From an uncultured Chloroflexia bacterium (lineage in GTDB: Bacteria > Chloroflexota > Anaerolineae > B4-G1 > SLSP01), in assembly GCA_963751345.1 (NCBI GenBank), contig CAVVUS010000013.1:1-64000 (forward strand): a DNA stretch of 64,000 nt, read 5' to 3'. Shown in pieces: positions 1 to 12,614 of the stretch. Each line of letters begins with the position of its first letter. The first letter of the stretch is position 1. A program made the position numbers and the translations under genes. Below the pieces are notes generated by a model. That model was not told the origin of the DNA, did not search any database, and saw only the letters and a list, made by a program, of their open reading frames with translations.

Positions 1-19
1 TGTACATTGTCACGTGTCA

Positions 20-47
20 TTGACAGGGCGGCACCCACGCCTATAAT
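20..47 (+). promoter_or_regulatory. sigma70-type promoter of the metG leader
   Basis: TTGACA (20-25), 16-nt spacer, TATAAT (42-47): perfect consensus hexamers. Confidence 0.85.
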
Positions 48-71
48 GAGCGTGGCAGGAGACACCCTACA

Positions 72-161
72 ATGTACAGAAGCGCGACGACCCGGACCGG
101 CATGATGATGCCCTGGGCCATGGTGATGAGCCATGGCCGTGCCGCGTTGGGGAGTGCCTGA
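72..161 (+). CDS. Met-rich leader peptide (29 aa, MYRSATTRTGMMMPWAMVMSHGRAALGSA)
   Basis: AGGAG Shine-Dalgarno at 57-61, ATG at 72, ATGATGATG at 102-110, further ATG at 120 and 126, TGA at 159-161; directly upstream of metG; too short for the ORF track. Confidence 0.8.
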   Translation: MYRSATTRTGMMMPWAMVMSHGRAALGSA

Positions 162-195
162 GCGCCCGAGAAGATCCGTTCCCGTTGTTGACGAT

Positions 196-227
196 GCGCC
201 TCCCCTGTGGGAGGCGCTTTTCGTTTT
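196..227 (+). terminator. Intrinsic terminator (attenuator) in metG leader
   Basis: GCGCCTCCC-ctgt-GGGAGGCGC stem followed by TTTTCGTTTT, 29 nt before the metG ATG. Confidence 0.85.
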
Positions 228-255
228 CCGAGCTGCCTGAACACAAAGGAGCACC

Positions 256-1842
256 ATGACCGAGCCATTTTACATCACGACGCCGATCTATTACGTGAAC
301 GACGAGCCTCATCTGGGCCACGCCTACACCACCGTCCTCGCCGACGTGCTGGCGCGCTACGCCCGCCTCCGCGGACAGGAGACCTTCTTCCTGACCGGAA
401 CCGACGAACACGGGCAGAAAGTCGAGCGCGCGGCACACGAGCGCGGCATCCCCCCGCAGCAGCAGGCCGACGAGATGGTCGTCCGCTTCCAGGACGCCTG
501 GACGCGTCTTCACATCAGCAACGACGACTTCATCCGCACCACCGAACCCCGGCACGTTGCCGTGGTCGAAGCCGCCCTTCAGGACCTGTGGGACAAGGGC
601 GATATCTATGCCGGTGATTACGAGGGATGGTACTGCGTCCCGGACGAGCGTTACTGGACCGAGAAGGACCTGGTCGACGGCAACTGCCCCGAGTGCGGCA
701 GGCCCGTGGAGCGCCTGGTCGAGAAGAACTACTTCTTCCGGATGAGCGCCTACCAGACCTGGTTGATCGACCACATCGAGACCCATCCCGGCTTCATCCG
801 CCCCGAGTCGCGCCGCAACGAGGTACTCGGCTTCCTGCGCCGGCCCCTGGGCGACCTCTGCATCAGCCGCTCCGTGGCGCGCCTGGGCTGGGGTATCCCC
901 CTACCCTTCGACCCGGAGTACGTCACCTATGTCTGGTTCGACGCGCTGCTCAACTACGTGACGGCAGCCCTCACGCCACGCCCCGTGGACGAAGCGCGTC
1001 CATACCCCTGGGAGCAGGGCGAGGACGCCCGTTTCGATGCCCTCTGGCCCCAATGTATCCACCTGATCGGCAAGGACATCCTCACCACCCACGCGGTCTA
1101 TTGGCCCACGATGCTCCACGCCCTGGGCCTCCCCCAGCCGAAGATGATCTTCGCCCACGGCTGGTGGAACTTCGAGGGCACCAAGATGTCGAAGTCCCTC
1201 GGCAACGTGGTCAAGCCGCTGGATATGGCCGGCCTCTACGGCGTGGACGCCTTCCGCTACTTCCTGATGCGGGAGATGACGCCGGGTCGCGACGCCGGCT
1301 TCAGCCAGGGCCTCATCGATGCCCGCTACCGGTCGGACCTGGCGAACGACCTGGGCAACCTGTTACGCCGCCTTGTGTCGATGACCGGGCGCTATTACTC
1401 CGGGCGGGTGCCCGCCCCCGGTGAGGAGACTCCGGACGACGCGGCGCTGCGAGCGCAGGCCGAGGCCGTGGTAGCCCCCACCTTCGCCGCAGTCGAGGCA
1501 CTCGCGGTGAACGACGCACTCGCCCAGGTCATGGCCCTGGTCGGCGAAATCAACCGCTATCTCGAGCAGACCGCGCCCTGGCGCGAGGCCAAGTCGGGCG
1601 ATCTCCATAGGGTAGCCACCATCCTCTATACCGGAGCAGAGGCCCTGAGAATCGCTTCAGTGCTGCTCCACCCCGTGATGCCCGAGCGGATGGCCGAGCT
1701 GCAGCGCCGCCTCGGCTGGGTGGCCGGGGTCCCGCACCGCGACGACCTCACGTGGGGGCTGCTGCAGCCCGGGAGCACCGTCGGCGACGGCCCCCCACTC
1801 TTCCCAAGGGATATCGCAGAGGAGATAAGTGCCGGCGATTAG
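256..1842 (+). CDS. metG: Methionine--tRNA ligase (short form, no C-terminal tRNA-binding domain)
   Basis: YITTPIYYVN, HLGH (HIGH), LTGTDEHGQK, YVWFDALLNY, IGKDI, KMSKS motifs; AAGGAG RBS. Confidence 0.97.
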   Translation: MTEPFYITTPIYYVNDEPHLGHAYTTVLADVLARYARLRGQETFFLTGTDEHGQKVERAAHERGIPPQQQADEMVVRFQDAWTRLHISNDDFIRTTEPRHVAVVEAALQDLWDKGDIYAGDYEGWYCVPDERYWTEKDLVDGNCPECGRPVERLVEKNYFFRMSAYQTWLIDHIETHPGFIRPESRRNEVLGFLRRPLGDLCISRSVARLGWGIPLPFDPEYVTYVWFDALLNYVTAALTPRPVDEARPYPWEQGEDARFDALWPQCIHLIGKDILTTHAVYWPTMLHALGLPQPKMIFAHGWWNFEGTKMSKSLGNVVKPLDMAGLYGVDAFRYFLMREMTPGRDAGFSQGLIDARYRSDLANDLGNLLRRLVSMTGRYYSGRVPAPGEETPDDAALRAQAEAVVAPTFAAVEALAVNDALAQVMALVGEINRYLEQTAPWREAKSGDLHRVATILYTGAEALRIASVLLHPVMPERMAELQRRLGWVAGVPHRDDLTWGLLQPGSTVGDGPPLFPRDIAEEISAGD

Positions 1843-2080
1843 GTTTCTACCGGCGACAGCACAGTGCGCCGGGAGCTCCTCCCCGTCCTGAGGTGTGTCC
1901 GGCCCGGTCGCCGCAACAGGGGAGGGCCGGCGGGCGATCAGCCCTCCCCGGAGGACGCGGACGAACCCGTTTCCGCGTCAGCAGGTTCGTGCCACAGGGG
2001 ATGCCCCCGCCTATGCATCGTCTGGCGCGGCTTCGCGAGTGGACGATACTATAGGGAACTGCATCAAAGGACTGGCACAG

Positions 2081-2494
2081 ATGAACATCCTGGACAGGAT
2101 TCGCACCTTCAACAAACACGTGATCAACCCCGTGACCCTCAAGATCGGAGGCTTGGTACACAGCCCGATCTCGGTGGTCCACCACGTCGGCCATCGCAGT
2201 GGCAAACCGTACAAGACCCCGGTCATCGTGGCACGCCTGGACGGCCGGTTCGTCTTCGCGCTGACCTACGGCGCGAACGTGGACTGGTATCGCAACATCC
2301 GCTCCGCCGGTCATTGCACGTTACGCTGGCACGGTGACACGTACGCCCTGGAGCGCCCCAAACCGATCGAGGCCGCCATAGCGCGGCCCGCGTTTGCGTT
2401 GCCCCTGCGGCTGATCCTGCGGGTAATAAACACGCGGCGCTTCTTCACAATGGTCATCTCCGAAAACCGCCCTCCGGCACATCCTCACAAGTGA
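2081..2494 (+). CDS. Nitroreductase family deazaflavin (F420)-dependent oxidoreductase
   Basis: HVGHRSGKPYKTPV and YGANVDWYRNI motifs; start moved to ATG 2081. Confidence 0.8.
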   Translation: MNILDRIRTFNKHVINPVTLKIGGLVHSPISVVHHVGHRSGKPYKTPVIVARLDGRFVFALTYGANVDWYRNIRSAGHCTLRWHGDTYALERPKPIEAAIARPAFALPLRLILRVINTRRFFTMVISENRPPAHPHK

Positions 2495-2781
2495 GGGGAG
2501 ACCCTCGCGAGGTGACCAGCCGGCAGCATGACAGCCATACCGCGGGCCCACCGGCGCCCGTTGGCAATTCCGGTTATCAGGCGCCCCAATCGCCCCCTTC
2601 CGCACATCGCCTGAAGGGAGTGTAGTATGGACGAGCAACGGTGGTTGCTGCACGTTGGACTGAATGCGGCGATGCCGGCCCCGAGGCGGTCGATCACTTC
2701 GGCCGCGCTGGCGGCGACCCCACTGACCACCCGTAGGGCCTACCTGCCGCTGGCGGTGCGCGAAAGTGAATCGGGAGAGCG

Positions 2782-3744
2782 ATGCTGATCCTCACAAGCT
2801 TGCACACTGGCGGCCGGCCCGGCATCTACGCAGCCGAGGACGACGGCTCAGCCTTCCGTTGTGTGACTGCGGGATACCGCCTGAGCGCCTACCAGCGGCT
2901 GCGCCTTTCACCCGACCGCACGCGCCTGCTCTTCCACGCCATCCCGCCCGGCCAGGAGAGAGGCCAGTTCTTCGTCTGGCCCTTGGGCACGGACAAGCTG
3001 GGCGTGTACCGTGAGGAAGAAGGTCCCTATCCCTACGACATCCGCTGGCTCACGGACGAGACGCTGCTCTGTGTGAGGAAGGACGCCCTCTGGATCGCCA
3101 ATCTTGTTACCGCCGGCCGCACCAATGTGGACCTCGGCGGCGCCTTCGTGGTGCTTGACGTCGCCCCGGGCGGCAGCCGGCTGCTGATGGTGAAGAGCCC
3201 ACCGAACGACGGCAGCATCTACGTAGGAGACATCGCTCGCGAGCAAGTAAGGGAAATCGTCCGGGGTGAGGACTTCGAGCGGACCCACGCCGTCTGCTAC
3301 CCCGTGGCGTGGTCGCCAGACGGACAAGCGGTCGCCTGCGTGGGCGGCATTGAGGACGAGGTATGGCTCATAGACGCAGACGGGGGCCATCCCCGCAAGA
3401 TCGCCGACACCGACTACTTCTGGAGGGAGATCCGGTGGTCACCCGATGGCGGTCAGATCGCCTACACGCGCACGCTCGATGCGGGCGGACCGGCCGCCGA
3501 CGTCGCGGGGGTCTTCGTCAAGGATCTGGCGACCGGTGAAGAGTCGCAGGCCTTGACCCTGAGGCACTCAGAAACCGGAAGCGACCGGTGGGGGTGGACT
3601 GCAGACGGTCTGGGCATGATCCACGCGAAGGGCGGTCCCGAGGGCGTCTCGCTTCTCCGGGCCAACTTGCAGACCGGTGTCACGGTCGAGCTGGTCAGTC
3701 ACGCCGCTGGGCTGGCAGACGTCGGCGAGCTGGTCATCGCGTAG
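2782..3744 (+). CDS. TolB-like beta-propeller (PD40/WD40-like repeat) protein
   Basis: Repeated LSPD / WSPDG / WTADG blade motifs. Confidence 0.75.
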   Translation: MLILTSLHTGGRPGIYAAEDDGSAFRCVTAGYRLSAYQRLRLSPDRTRLLFHAIPPGQERGQFFVWPLGTDKLGVYREEEGPYPYDIRWLTDETLLCVRKDALWIANLVTAGRTNVDLGGAFVVLDVAPGGSRLLMVKSPPNDGSIYVGDIAREQVREIVRGEDFERTHAVCYPVAWSPDGQAVACVGGIEDEVWLIDADGGHPRKIADTDYFWREIRWSPDGGQIAYTRTLDAGGPAADVAGVFVKDLATGEESQALTLRHSETGSDRWGWTADGLGMIHAKGGPEGVSLLRANLQTGVTVELVSHAAGLADVGELVIA

Positions 3745-3826
3745 GTTCCGCGCCGTCTCCCGTCACGATCTGCTGGACCGCGGGCAGCCTGTCCTGAGCG
3801 CAGCCTCAGGATCTCGCCCGCTCTGC

Positions 3827-3884
3827 GACCTTTGGGGTTTTCTCGTCGAGTAGGCACCTGCTTGTGAAGGAAACCCCAAAGGTC
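3827..3884. repeat. 14-bp perfect inverted repeat between convergent genes
   Basis: GACCTTTGGGGTTT (3827-3840) and AAACCCCAAAGGTC (3871-3884). Confidence 0.75.
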
Positions 3885-3930
3885 TTGGCCGACCGTCGTA
3901 GCTTTCCCGGAGATGTCGCCTGATCTTGCA

Positions 3931-5906
3931 CTACGCCTTGATCGGCAGCCTGGCCCCGTCGCGCAGGTACAGGGGAATCCGCTCCAGCGGCGCGTCAGCA
4001 GCGATCGTCTGCCCGCCGTCGTAGGTTTCGCCCGTCCAGGCGTCGGTCCACACCGCGCCCGCCGGGAGATAGACCTCGCGGCTGCGTGCGCCCTCCCACA
4101 CCACCGGCGCGACCAGCAGATCCGGCCCGAACATGAAGGCGTCGGTGATGTCGCCGCAGGCCGGGTCGTTCGGGAAGTCGACGAAGAGCGGCCGCATCGG
4201 GCGGCATCCCTGCCTCGGCAGCCCTCGCCATCTGCGCCATCACGTAGGGCCGCAGCCGCTCGCGCAGCGCCAGTGACTCGCTGTAGGATCCCGTAGACCT
4301 CGTCGCCGAAGGACCACACCTCGTTGGGCGCGCCGGTCCCCTCGCCTCCCGGCTGGCGAACGCCGTGGAGGCGGAAGAGCGGGCAGAAGACGCCATACTG
4401 GAACCAGCGAACGATCAGCTCGCGGAACGACGGATCCTCGATATTGCCGTCGTGGAAGCCGCCGATGTCCGTGGTCCACCAGGGGATCCCGCTCAGCCCG
4501 ATGTTGAGCCCGGCGGGGATCTGGCGGCGCAGCGACGCGAAGGTCGAGGGAATGTCGCCCGACCAGACGGCGGCGCCGAAGCGCTGGCTGCCCGCCCACG
4601 CGGACCGGCTGAGTGACACGATCTCGGTCTCACCCGCGGCACGCATCCCGTCGTAGAAGCCTTTGGCGTGGAGCATGGGGTAGAGGTTGCCGACCTCCAG
4701 ACCGTTGCCCAGGTAGTAGTGGACGTTCTCCGGATCCACGGGCCGGATCTCGGGCTCATCCGCGTCGAGCCACCAGATCCGCACGCCGTTGTCGAAGTAG
4801 TTCTCCTTCACCCGATCCCACACAAATTGGCGAGCGTCGGGGTTCGTGGCGTCGTAGAAATGCAGGTAGAGCTTGCCCGAAGGCACGTTGTCGGAGAAGT
4901 CGCGCAGCGCCAGGACGCCGCGCTCGCTGCCCGCCAGGTAGCCGCGCTCCTGCATCTCGGCGAAGTTCTCGCTGCGAGCGTTGACCGTGGGCCAGATCGA
5001 GACCATCAGCTTGACGCCCATCTCGGCAAGCTCCGCAGTCATCGCCGCCGGATCGGGCCACAGCTCGGGATCGAAGCGCCAGTCGCCCATCAACGTCCAG
5101 TGGAAGAAGTCGGCCACAATGACCGAGAGCGGAAGCCCACGGCGCTTGTACTCCCGCGCGACCTCCAGCAGCTCCTCCTGCGTCCGGTACCGCAGCTTGC
5201 ACTGCCAGAAGCCCGAGGCCCACTCGGGGAGATCGGGCGCGTGGCCCGTCGCGTCGGCGTAGGCGCCCAGGATGGCCGCCGGGGTCTCCCCGGCCGTGAT
5301 CCAGTAGTCCATCTGGCGAGTCGCCTCGGCGCTCCACCGGGTCCGGTTCACGCCCAGCTCGACCCGTCCGACGCCGGGGTTGTTCCACAGAAATCCGTAG
5401 CCGCGGCTGGAGAGCAGGAAGGGAATCGAGACCTTGGTATTGCGCTGGATCAGGTCGATGACGCAGCCCTTCTGATCCAGCAGGCCGTGCTGCTGCTGGC
5501 CCAGCCCGTAGAGCCGCTCGCCCTCGTACGCGCAGAAAGTCGCGTCGAGGTGATTGAGCCCGCCCTGGAGCGACTTGAACCACCGTGCAGGCGGATCGAT
5601 CACGTCCACGTACATCTCGGTCTCGGCCAGGAGCTCCTCACCGCCGGCGTCCAGGAAGCGTAGACGCCCGGCCTCTGAGAGCTCCGCCGTGATCGCGCCG
5701 TTGTACAGATGGGCTACGCCCTCACCTATCTCCGCGTGGGCCGTCGGTGCCGCCGCCGGCTCCAATAGCGCCTGCGGCAGATCGCCGCGGATCGCGGCGC
5801 CGTCCGCGGCGCGGACGCGCAGGCTGTTCGGTCCCCACGGCTCCACGCGCAAGGTCTGGTATTCGTGCCGCCAGATCAGCGTCCGGCCATCGATGATCTC
5901 GATCAT
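3931..5906 (-). CDS. Glycoside hydrolase family 31 (alpha-xylosidase/glucosidase-like), frameshifted near 4200-4280
   Basis: GFWQCKLRY, WLDADEPE nucleophile motif, WSGDI, DIGGF, PLFRLHG; C-terminal MRPLFVDFP...FMFGPDLLVAP...IPLYLR lies in another frame. Confidence 0.9.
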
Positions 5907-6059
5907 AGTTGGTGTTCTCCTTCACGAACCGGTCACAATCGACATATCGATAGTGTGCTGCGGAATTGCAGAATCGGCAACCTCGTCTGCCTGGGCGCCT
6001 GTGGTGCCGGAAGAGTCATGCTCGCCGGATGCAGTTCGGTGCGCACGCGCGGTTGAAGG

Positions 6060-7636
6060 TCATTCGTGCTGATCGGCTGCGAGCCGGCGACCGGCGAGGT
6101 GGGGTGCAGCACGCTCATCCAGCCGGTGCCGGAAGATGGCCCTGTCGGTCTGGACGTAGTAGTCGTGCCAAGCATCGTGACTGTGACACATGATCATCGT
6201 TCCGGCCTGCTCTGCGATCCGGGCCAGATCGTCAATGGACGCGACCGCGATCGTGTGGGCATCACCCAACAGCGACGTGACATCCTCGATGGCCACCAGC
6301 AGGCGCCGTACTTCTGCTGCACGCGGGATGCCGCATCGCTCCCTGCCGTCCTCAGGGCAGAGATGACCAGCACGCCTACCCCCACCAGCGAGATCACAGT
6401 GCCGACGGCGGCGACGCTCCGGAGGGCTGAGACGTAGAAGGTCTTCTTGAGAAAGGTGATGGTGTTCGGCTCGCTGGCCGCATATGCGATGGATGCTGAG
6501 ACCACGGGCGCCAGAGGATCATCCCCGCCGGATCGGATCAGCCGAAACTGTTGTTCAGTCAGCTCAAATGGTATGCGCGGGGCGAAGAACGAATCGGCAA
6601 GGAAATGCAGTCCGATCCTGCCGGCTACCTTTACCTCGGGGAGGAAGGTCACCGTATAGCTCTTCTGGTGGACACCGACGCCCAACTCCAACGTGTCAAT
6701 CACGGCCTGCAACTCTGATAGAGCGAGCTCATCCGTCGTGGTGAAGGAGGCTCCCTCAAATGGGGTCTCGGGCTGCAGCTCAAACGTTCGTTTCCAGCCG
6801 TCTGAACTCGTCATCTCGACGCTGAGGCGATAGGTCCCCCCTACGACTGAGGGCTGCGCCGCCGTCAGTTGATAGGTGAACCCGATCTGGAGCCGGTCCA
6901 CGACCTTGCGGAAGACAGGGTCGCCCGACCTTACAAGGCCGGCGTCGTAGATGTCCGCCGGAGCATGGGCTGTATACGTGAACTCACCTCTGTGCTGGTA
7001 ATCAAGGCCGCGACTGACCAGCCGCTGAAGAGGCCGCGTGAAGGCGTACCCCGCAAGTCCAAGAAATAGCGCGCAGACGACGCCCACGATGACGAGCAGT
7101 TCGGGGAGTGAGGGGCCGCCACCGGAGGAGACGGGATGCCGCCGCGAGGGCTTCGTGCCGGAACGCTGGTTTGGATTTGTCACTATACTCATGATTGTCA
7201 CTCCTAGGAGGCCGGCGACAGCCGCCATGTTGCCTGGTGATTGAAGCTGCTTGACGTACGTGCCAAGCTTCGGGATATGGACCCAGTACCTGGCGATGAT
7301 ATCGGCCCTCGTGGGACAGTAGGGATCGACGAAGGTGTTATGGTCGCCCTGCATGAGGAAGCAGCCTTCTTCCGTTTCCTCGATGATGCGATGGATCACC
7401 GGCCCGATGCTTGGCTCTCGGTATACAACGATGTCCCCGACCGCATACTCGGAGGCAGTCCGCAGCAGGACCAGGTCCCCCTCCCGCAGCGTAGGATACA
7501 TGCTGTTGCCGCTGATCAGGATGTAGGCCGCGTGCCCGCCGAATTGGATGGGCGCGAGGGACAGCCAGAGGACGCAGATGAGGAGCCAGGGAGCCACGGC
7601 TGAGCCGAGGCTAAGCTTTCTCCGTTTCGTAAGCAT
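6060..7636 (-). CDS. sipW: SipW/archaeal-type signal peptidase I with long C-terminal (DUF5305-like) extension; frameshift near 6300
   Basis: ISGNSMYPTL (catalytic Ser), VIHRII (His), QGDHN..D; TM helices; C-terminus KYG.../V.SIDDLARIAE continues in ORF 6060-6296. Confidence 0.8.
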
Positions 7637-7657
7637 ATCTCTGGTCTCCATTTGCAG

Positions 7658-7686
7658 AAGAGCGCGGCCGACGAGGCCGCGCTCTT
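7658..7686 (-). terminator. Strong hairpin between the pilin-like gene and sipW
   Basis: AAGAGCGCGGCC-5 nt-GGCCGCGCTCTT 12-bp stem, weak U-tract. Confidence 0.6.
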
Positions 7687-7740
7687 GCTCTCAGCATTGA
7701 GCTGGTGATTCTTGGACGTTATACCGACACTCTGCGCAGC

Positions 7741-8144
7741 TTACGGCGTCGGCGTGCGATAGCTACCACCAGAGGTGGCGACGACGGTGAGCTCATTTAG
7801 GGCTACTGTCGACAGACCAACCGTCGGCAGTGGTCAGATCGCATGTCCAAACGAGTTCCAGTATCGATTACGCAGTCGTACCACGTACCATCCACTGTGT
7901 CGACCTGAGCCATCACGCTGCGGCGGGCCTGCGCCGAGCGGTCAAACCCCACGTCCGTCGTGGTGGTCAGCAACCATCGTATACTGGATATTAGTGACGG
8001 GTATCCGGAGATGGCTTCCGAGCCAGAACCTGCCGATGACGCGGGTACCGTATTTGCGGCAGCGAATGCGTAGAATGAACCGGCGAGCACCAACGTGCCG
8101 ACGACGACCAAGAGCGTCCGGAAAACTGATTTTCTTGCGAACAT
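7741..8144 (-). CDS. Small secreted protein with SipW-type signal peptide (TasA/camelysin/pilin-like), frameshifted
   Basis: MFARKSVFRTLLVVVGTLVLAGSFYAFAAANTV signal; GGAG RBS; C-terminus VALNELTVVATSGGSYRTPTP-stop at 7741 in a shifted frame; directly upstream of sipW. Confidence 0.65.
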
Positions 8145-8275
8145 AATATCATCTCCAATTTCTGATGAGTCGTAGTTGATAGGTGATGAAGAAGTTTCAG
8201 AGAGACGATCTGAGTGGTTGTGCGATCCGACTTCTCATCGTGCGGTCGCACCGGGTATCTCTGACTACAAGAGGA

Positions 8276-8303
8276 ATTATACCATATTATAACCAAATGT
8301 CAA
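8276..8303 (-). promoter_or_regulatory. sigma70-type promoter for the pilin-like/sipW operon
   Basis: Minus strand TTGACA-16 nt-TATAAT with TG just upstream of the -10. Confidence 0.8.
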
Positions 8304-8421
8304 TGGTGAGTTTGAAAATGGTATGAGTGACGGGCACCCGCGATGGCGCCTCCCTGGGCACGCTCGTGGCCCGGTCGCCCATCGCCGCCGGAGGCATCCT
8401 CGACGGCGACAGCACGCCGCA

Positions 8422-8448
8422 GAAGACGCCTCGGCGGGGCGTCTCTAC
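8422..8448 (-). repeat. GTAG-type REP palindrome (type A)
   Basis: Minus strand GTAGAGACGCCCCgccGAGGCGTCTTC, near-identical to copies at 31266 and 53719. Confidence 0.8.
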
Positions 8449-8492
8449 GAAGGCCGGTGCGCCCTCGGCCAACTCCTATGTATGCCACCACA

Positions 8493-8520
8493 TTGACACC
8501 CGCCGCCAGAAGCCTATCAT
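8493..8520 (+). promoter_or_regulatory. sigma70-type promoter of the 8598-15362 operon
   Basis: TTGACA-16 nt-TATCAT. Confidence 0.7.
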
Positions 8521-8597
8521 CAACGTGACGGTAAGGCCCGAAACTTGTTCCGTGACCGCCGCCCATAGCTGCCCTGAGCCGGACAAGGAGAGCGCCA

Positions 8598-9201
8598 ATG
8601 CCTGCATTCCTCGACCCAACACAGCCGATCGCCACGTGTACCGCCACGACCTGTGAGGGCTGCCCCGCCGGGCAGCTCGTGCACTGTCACTTTCGCGGTC
8701 GAGACCTGGCCCACTTCCTGTCCATGATGCTGCCGGCCTTCGTCACCGGCGGCGCAGGCATCGCTCGCGTCGGCTGGGTGTGGCTCGTGCCCTGGGCGGC
8801 CATCGCTGTCGGCTACTTCGGATTCCTGGAGATCCGCGTGATGTGCTCGCACTGCCCGCACTACGCCGAACCCGGCACCTCTCTGAAGTGCTGGGCGAAC
8901 TACGGCGCGCCCAAGCTGTGGGCCTACCGCCCCGGGCCGATGTCGCACGCAGAGCGGTTCTGGTTTGCCGCCGGGATGGTGGCCGTCTTGGCCTATCCAC
9001 TCGACTTCCTGCTGCAGGCGCCCAATGGCTGCTGCTGGTAATCTTCGTGCTGACGACGGTCGCCGCAGCGACCACACTCAAGATGTCTTTCTGCACCCAG
9101 TGTATGAACTTCGCCTGCCCGCTTAACGCGACCGGTGACAAGGCTCGCGCGGCCTTCTTCGCCCGTAACCCTAAGGTGGCCGAGGCCTGGGGCGTGGAAC
9201 C

Positions 9202-9205
<4 letters not shown>
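8598..9205 (+). CDS. Cys-rich integral membrane protein of unknown function (frameshift near 9030)
   Basis: AAGGAG RBS; CxxxxCxxC...CHF, CSHCPHY and FCTQCMNFACPLN motifs around ~4 TM helices; stop overlaps next start (GTGA). Confidence 0.7.
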
Positions 9206-11921
<2,716 letters not shown>

Positions 11922-11946
11922 AAGCTGTTAGCCTCATGGAGTCTCT

Positions 11947-12601
11947 ATGACCTACGTCTTCATGAAAGTGCTGGAATCCGCGCCCAGCCGCTACGACCTG
12001 GGCATTCGTCTCCTGACGCTTGGGCCAGGTCGACCGGGCCTACGACCGGCTGGTGGCCCACGTCAAACCGGGCCAGCAAGCACTGGACATCGGCTGCGGC
12101 ACCGGCGCGCTCACGCTGCGCGCGGCACAGGCGGGGGCTAAGGTCACCGGCATCGACGTGAGCGCGCGCATGCTGGAGATCGCCCGCCGGCGTGTCGAAA
12201 GCGCAGGGCTGGGCGAGCGCGTGACCCTGCGCGAGCAGGGCATCGCCGAACTGGGTGGCTGGGCCGATGCCTCATATGACGTCGTGCTCAGCGGCCTGTG
12301 CCTCTCGGAGCTGACTGAGGGCGAGCGAGCCCTCGCGCTAGGCGAGGCACGCCGTCTGGTCAGGCCGGGCGGCCTGCTGCTGGTCGCCGACGAGGTGAGG
12401 CCGCGGCGCGTCGTGCCCCGTGTGCTCAACCTGCTGATCCGGCTGCCGCTCGTTGTTCTGACCTACCTCCTCACCCAGACCACCACCCACGCCCTCCAGG
12501 ATCTGCCGGGGCTGGTCAGAGCAGCGGGTTTCGACATTCTGTCGACCCATCGAAACGGGCTGGGAGGGTTCATGGCGCTGATGGCCACGGCGCCGAAGTG
12601 A
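11947..12601 (+). CDS. Class I SAM methyltransferase, corrinoid protein-associated (CpaM-like); frameshift near 12020
   Basis: N-terminus MTYVFMKVLESAPSRYDLGIRLLTLG, LDIGCGTG motif I, LLVADE; directly upstream of the HgcAB-like fusion. Confidence 0.8.
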
Positions 12602-12614
12602 GAGGAGGCAGAGG

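Noticed and set aside
50-255. T-box or SAM riboswitch upstream of metG
   Set aside because: No UGGNACC T-box bulge or recognisable SAM-I core; a leader peptide with antiterminator explains the region
67-786. Long antisense and alternate-frame ORFs here and throughout (e.g. 9658-10812, 51954-53243, 61147-62553)
   Set aside because: Shadow ORFs expected in high-GC DNA, overlapping well-supported genes and lacking motifs
1860-1980. Possible ncRNA or tRNA after metG
   Set aside because: Only two GC-rich hairpins (GGGGAGGGC/GCCCTCCCC and GACGCGGA/TCCGCGTC); no cloverleaf or known motif
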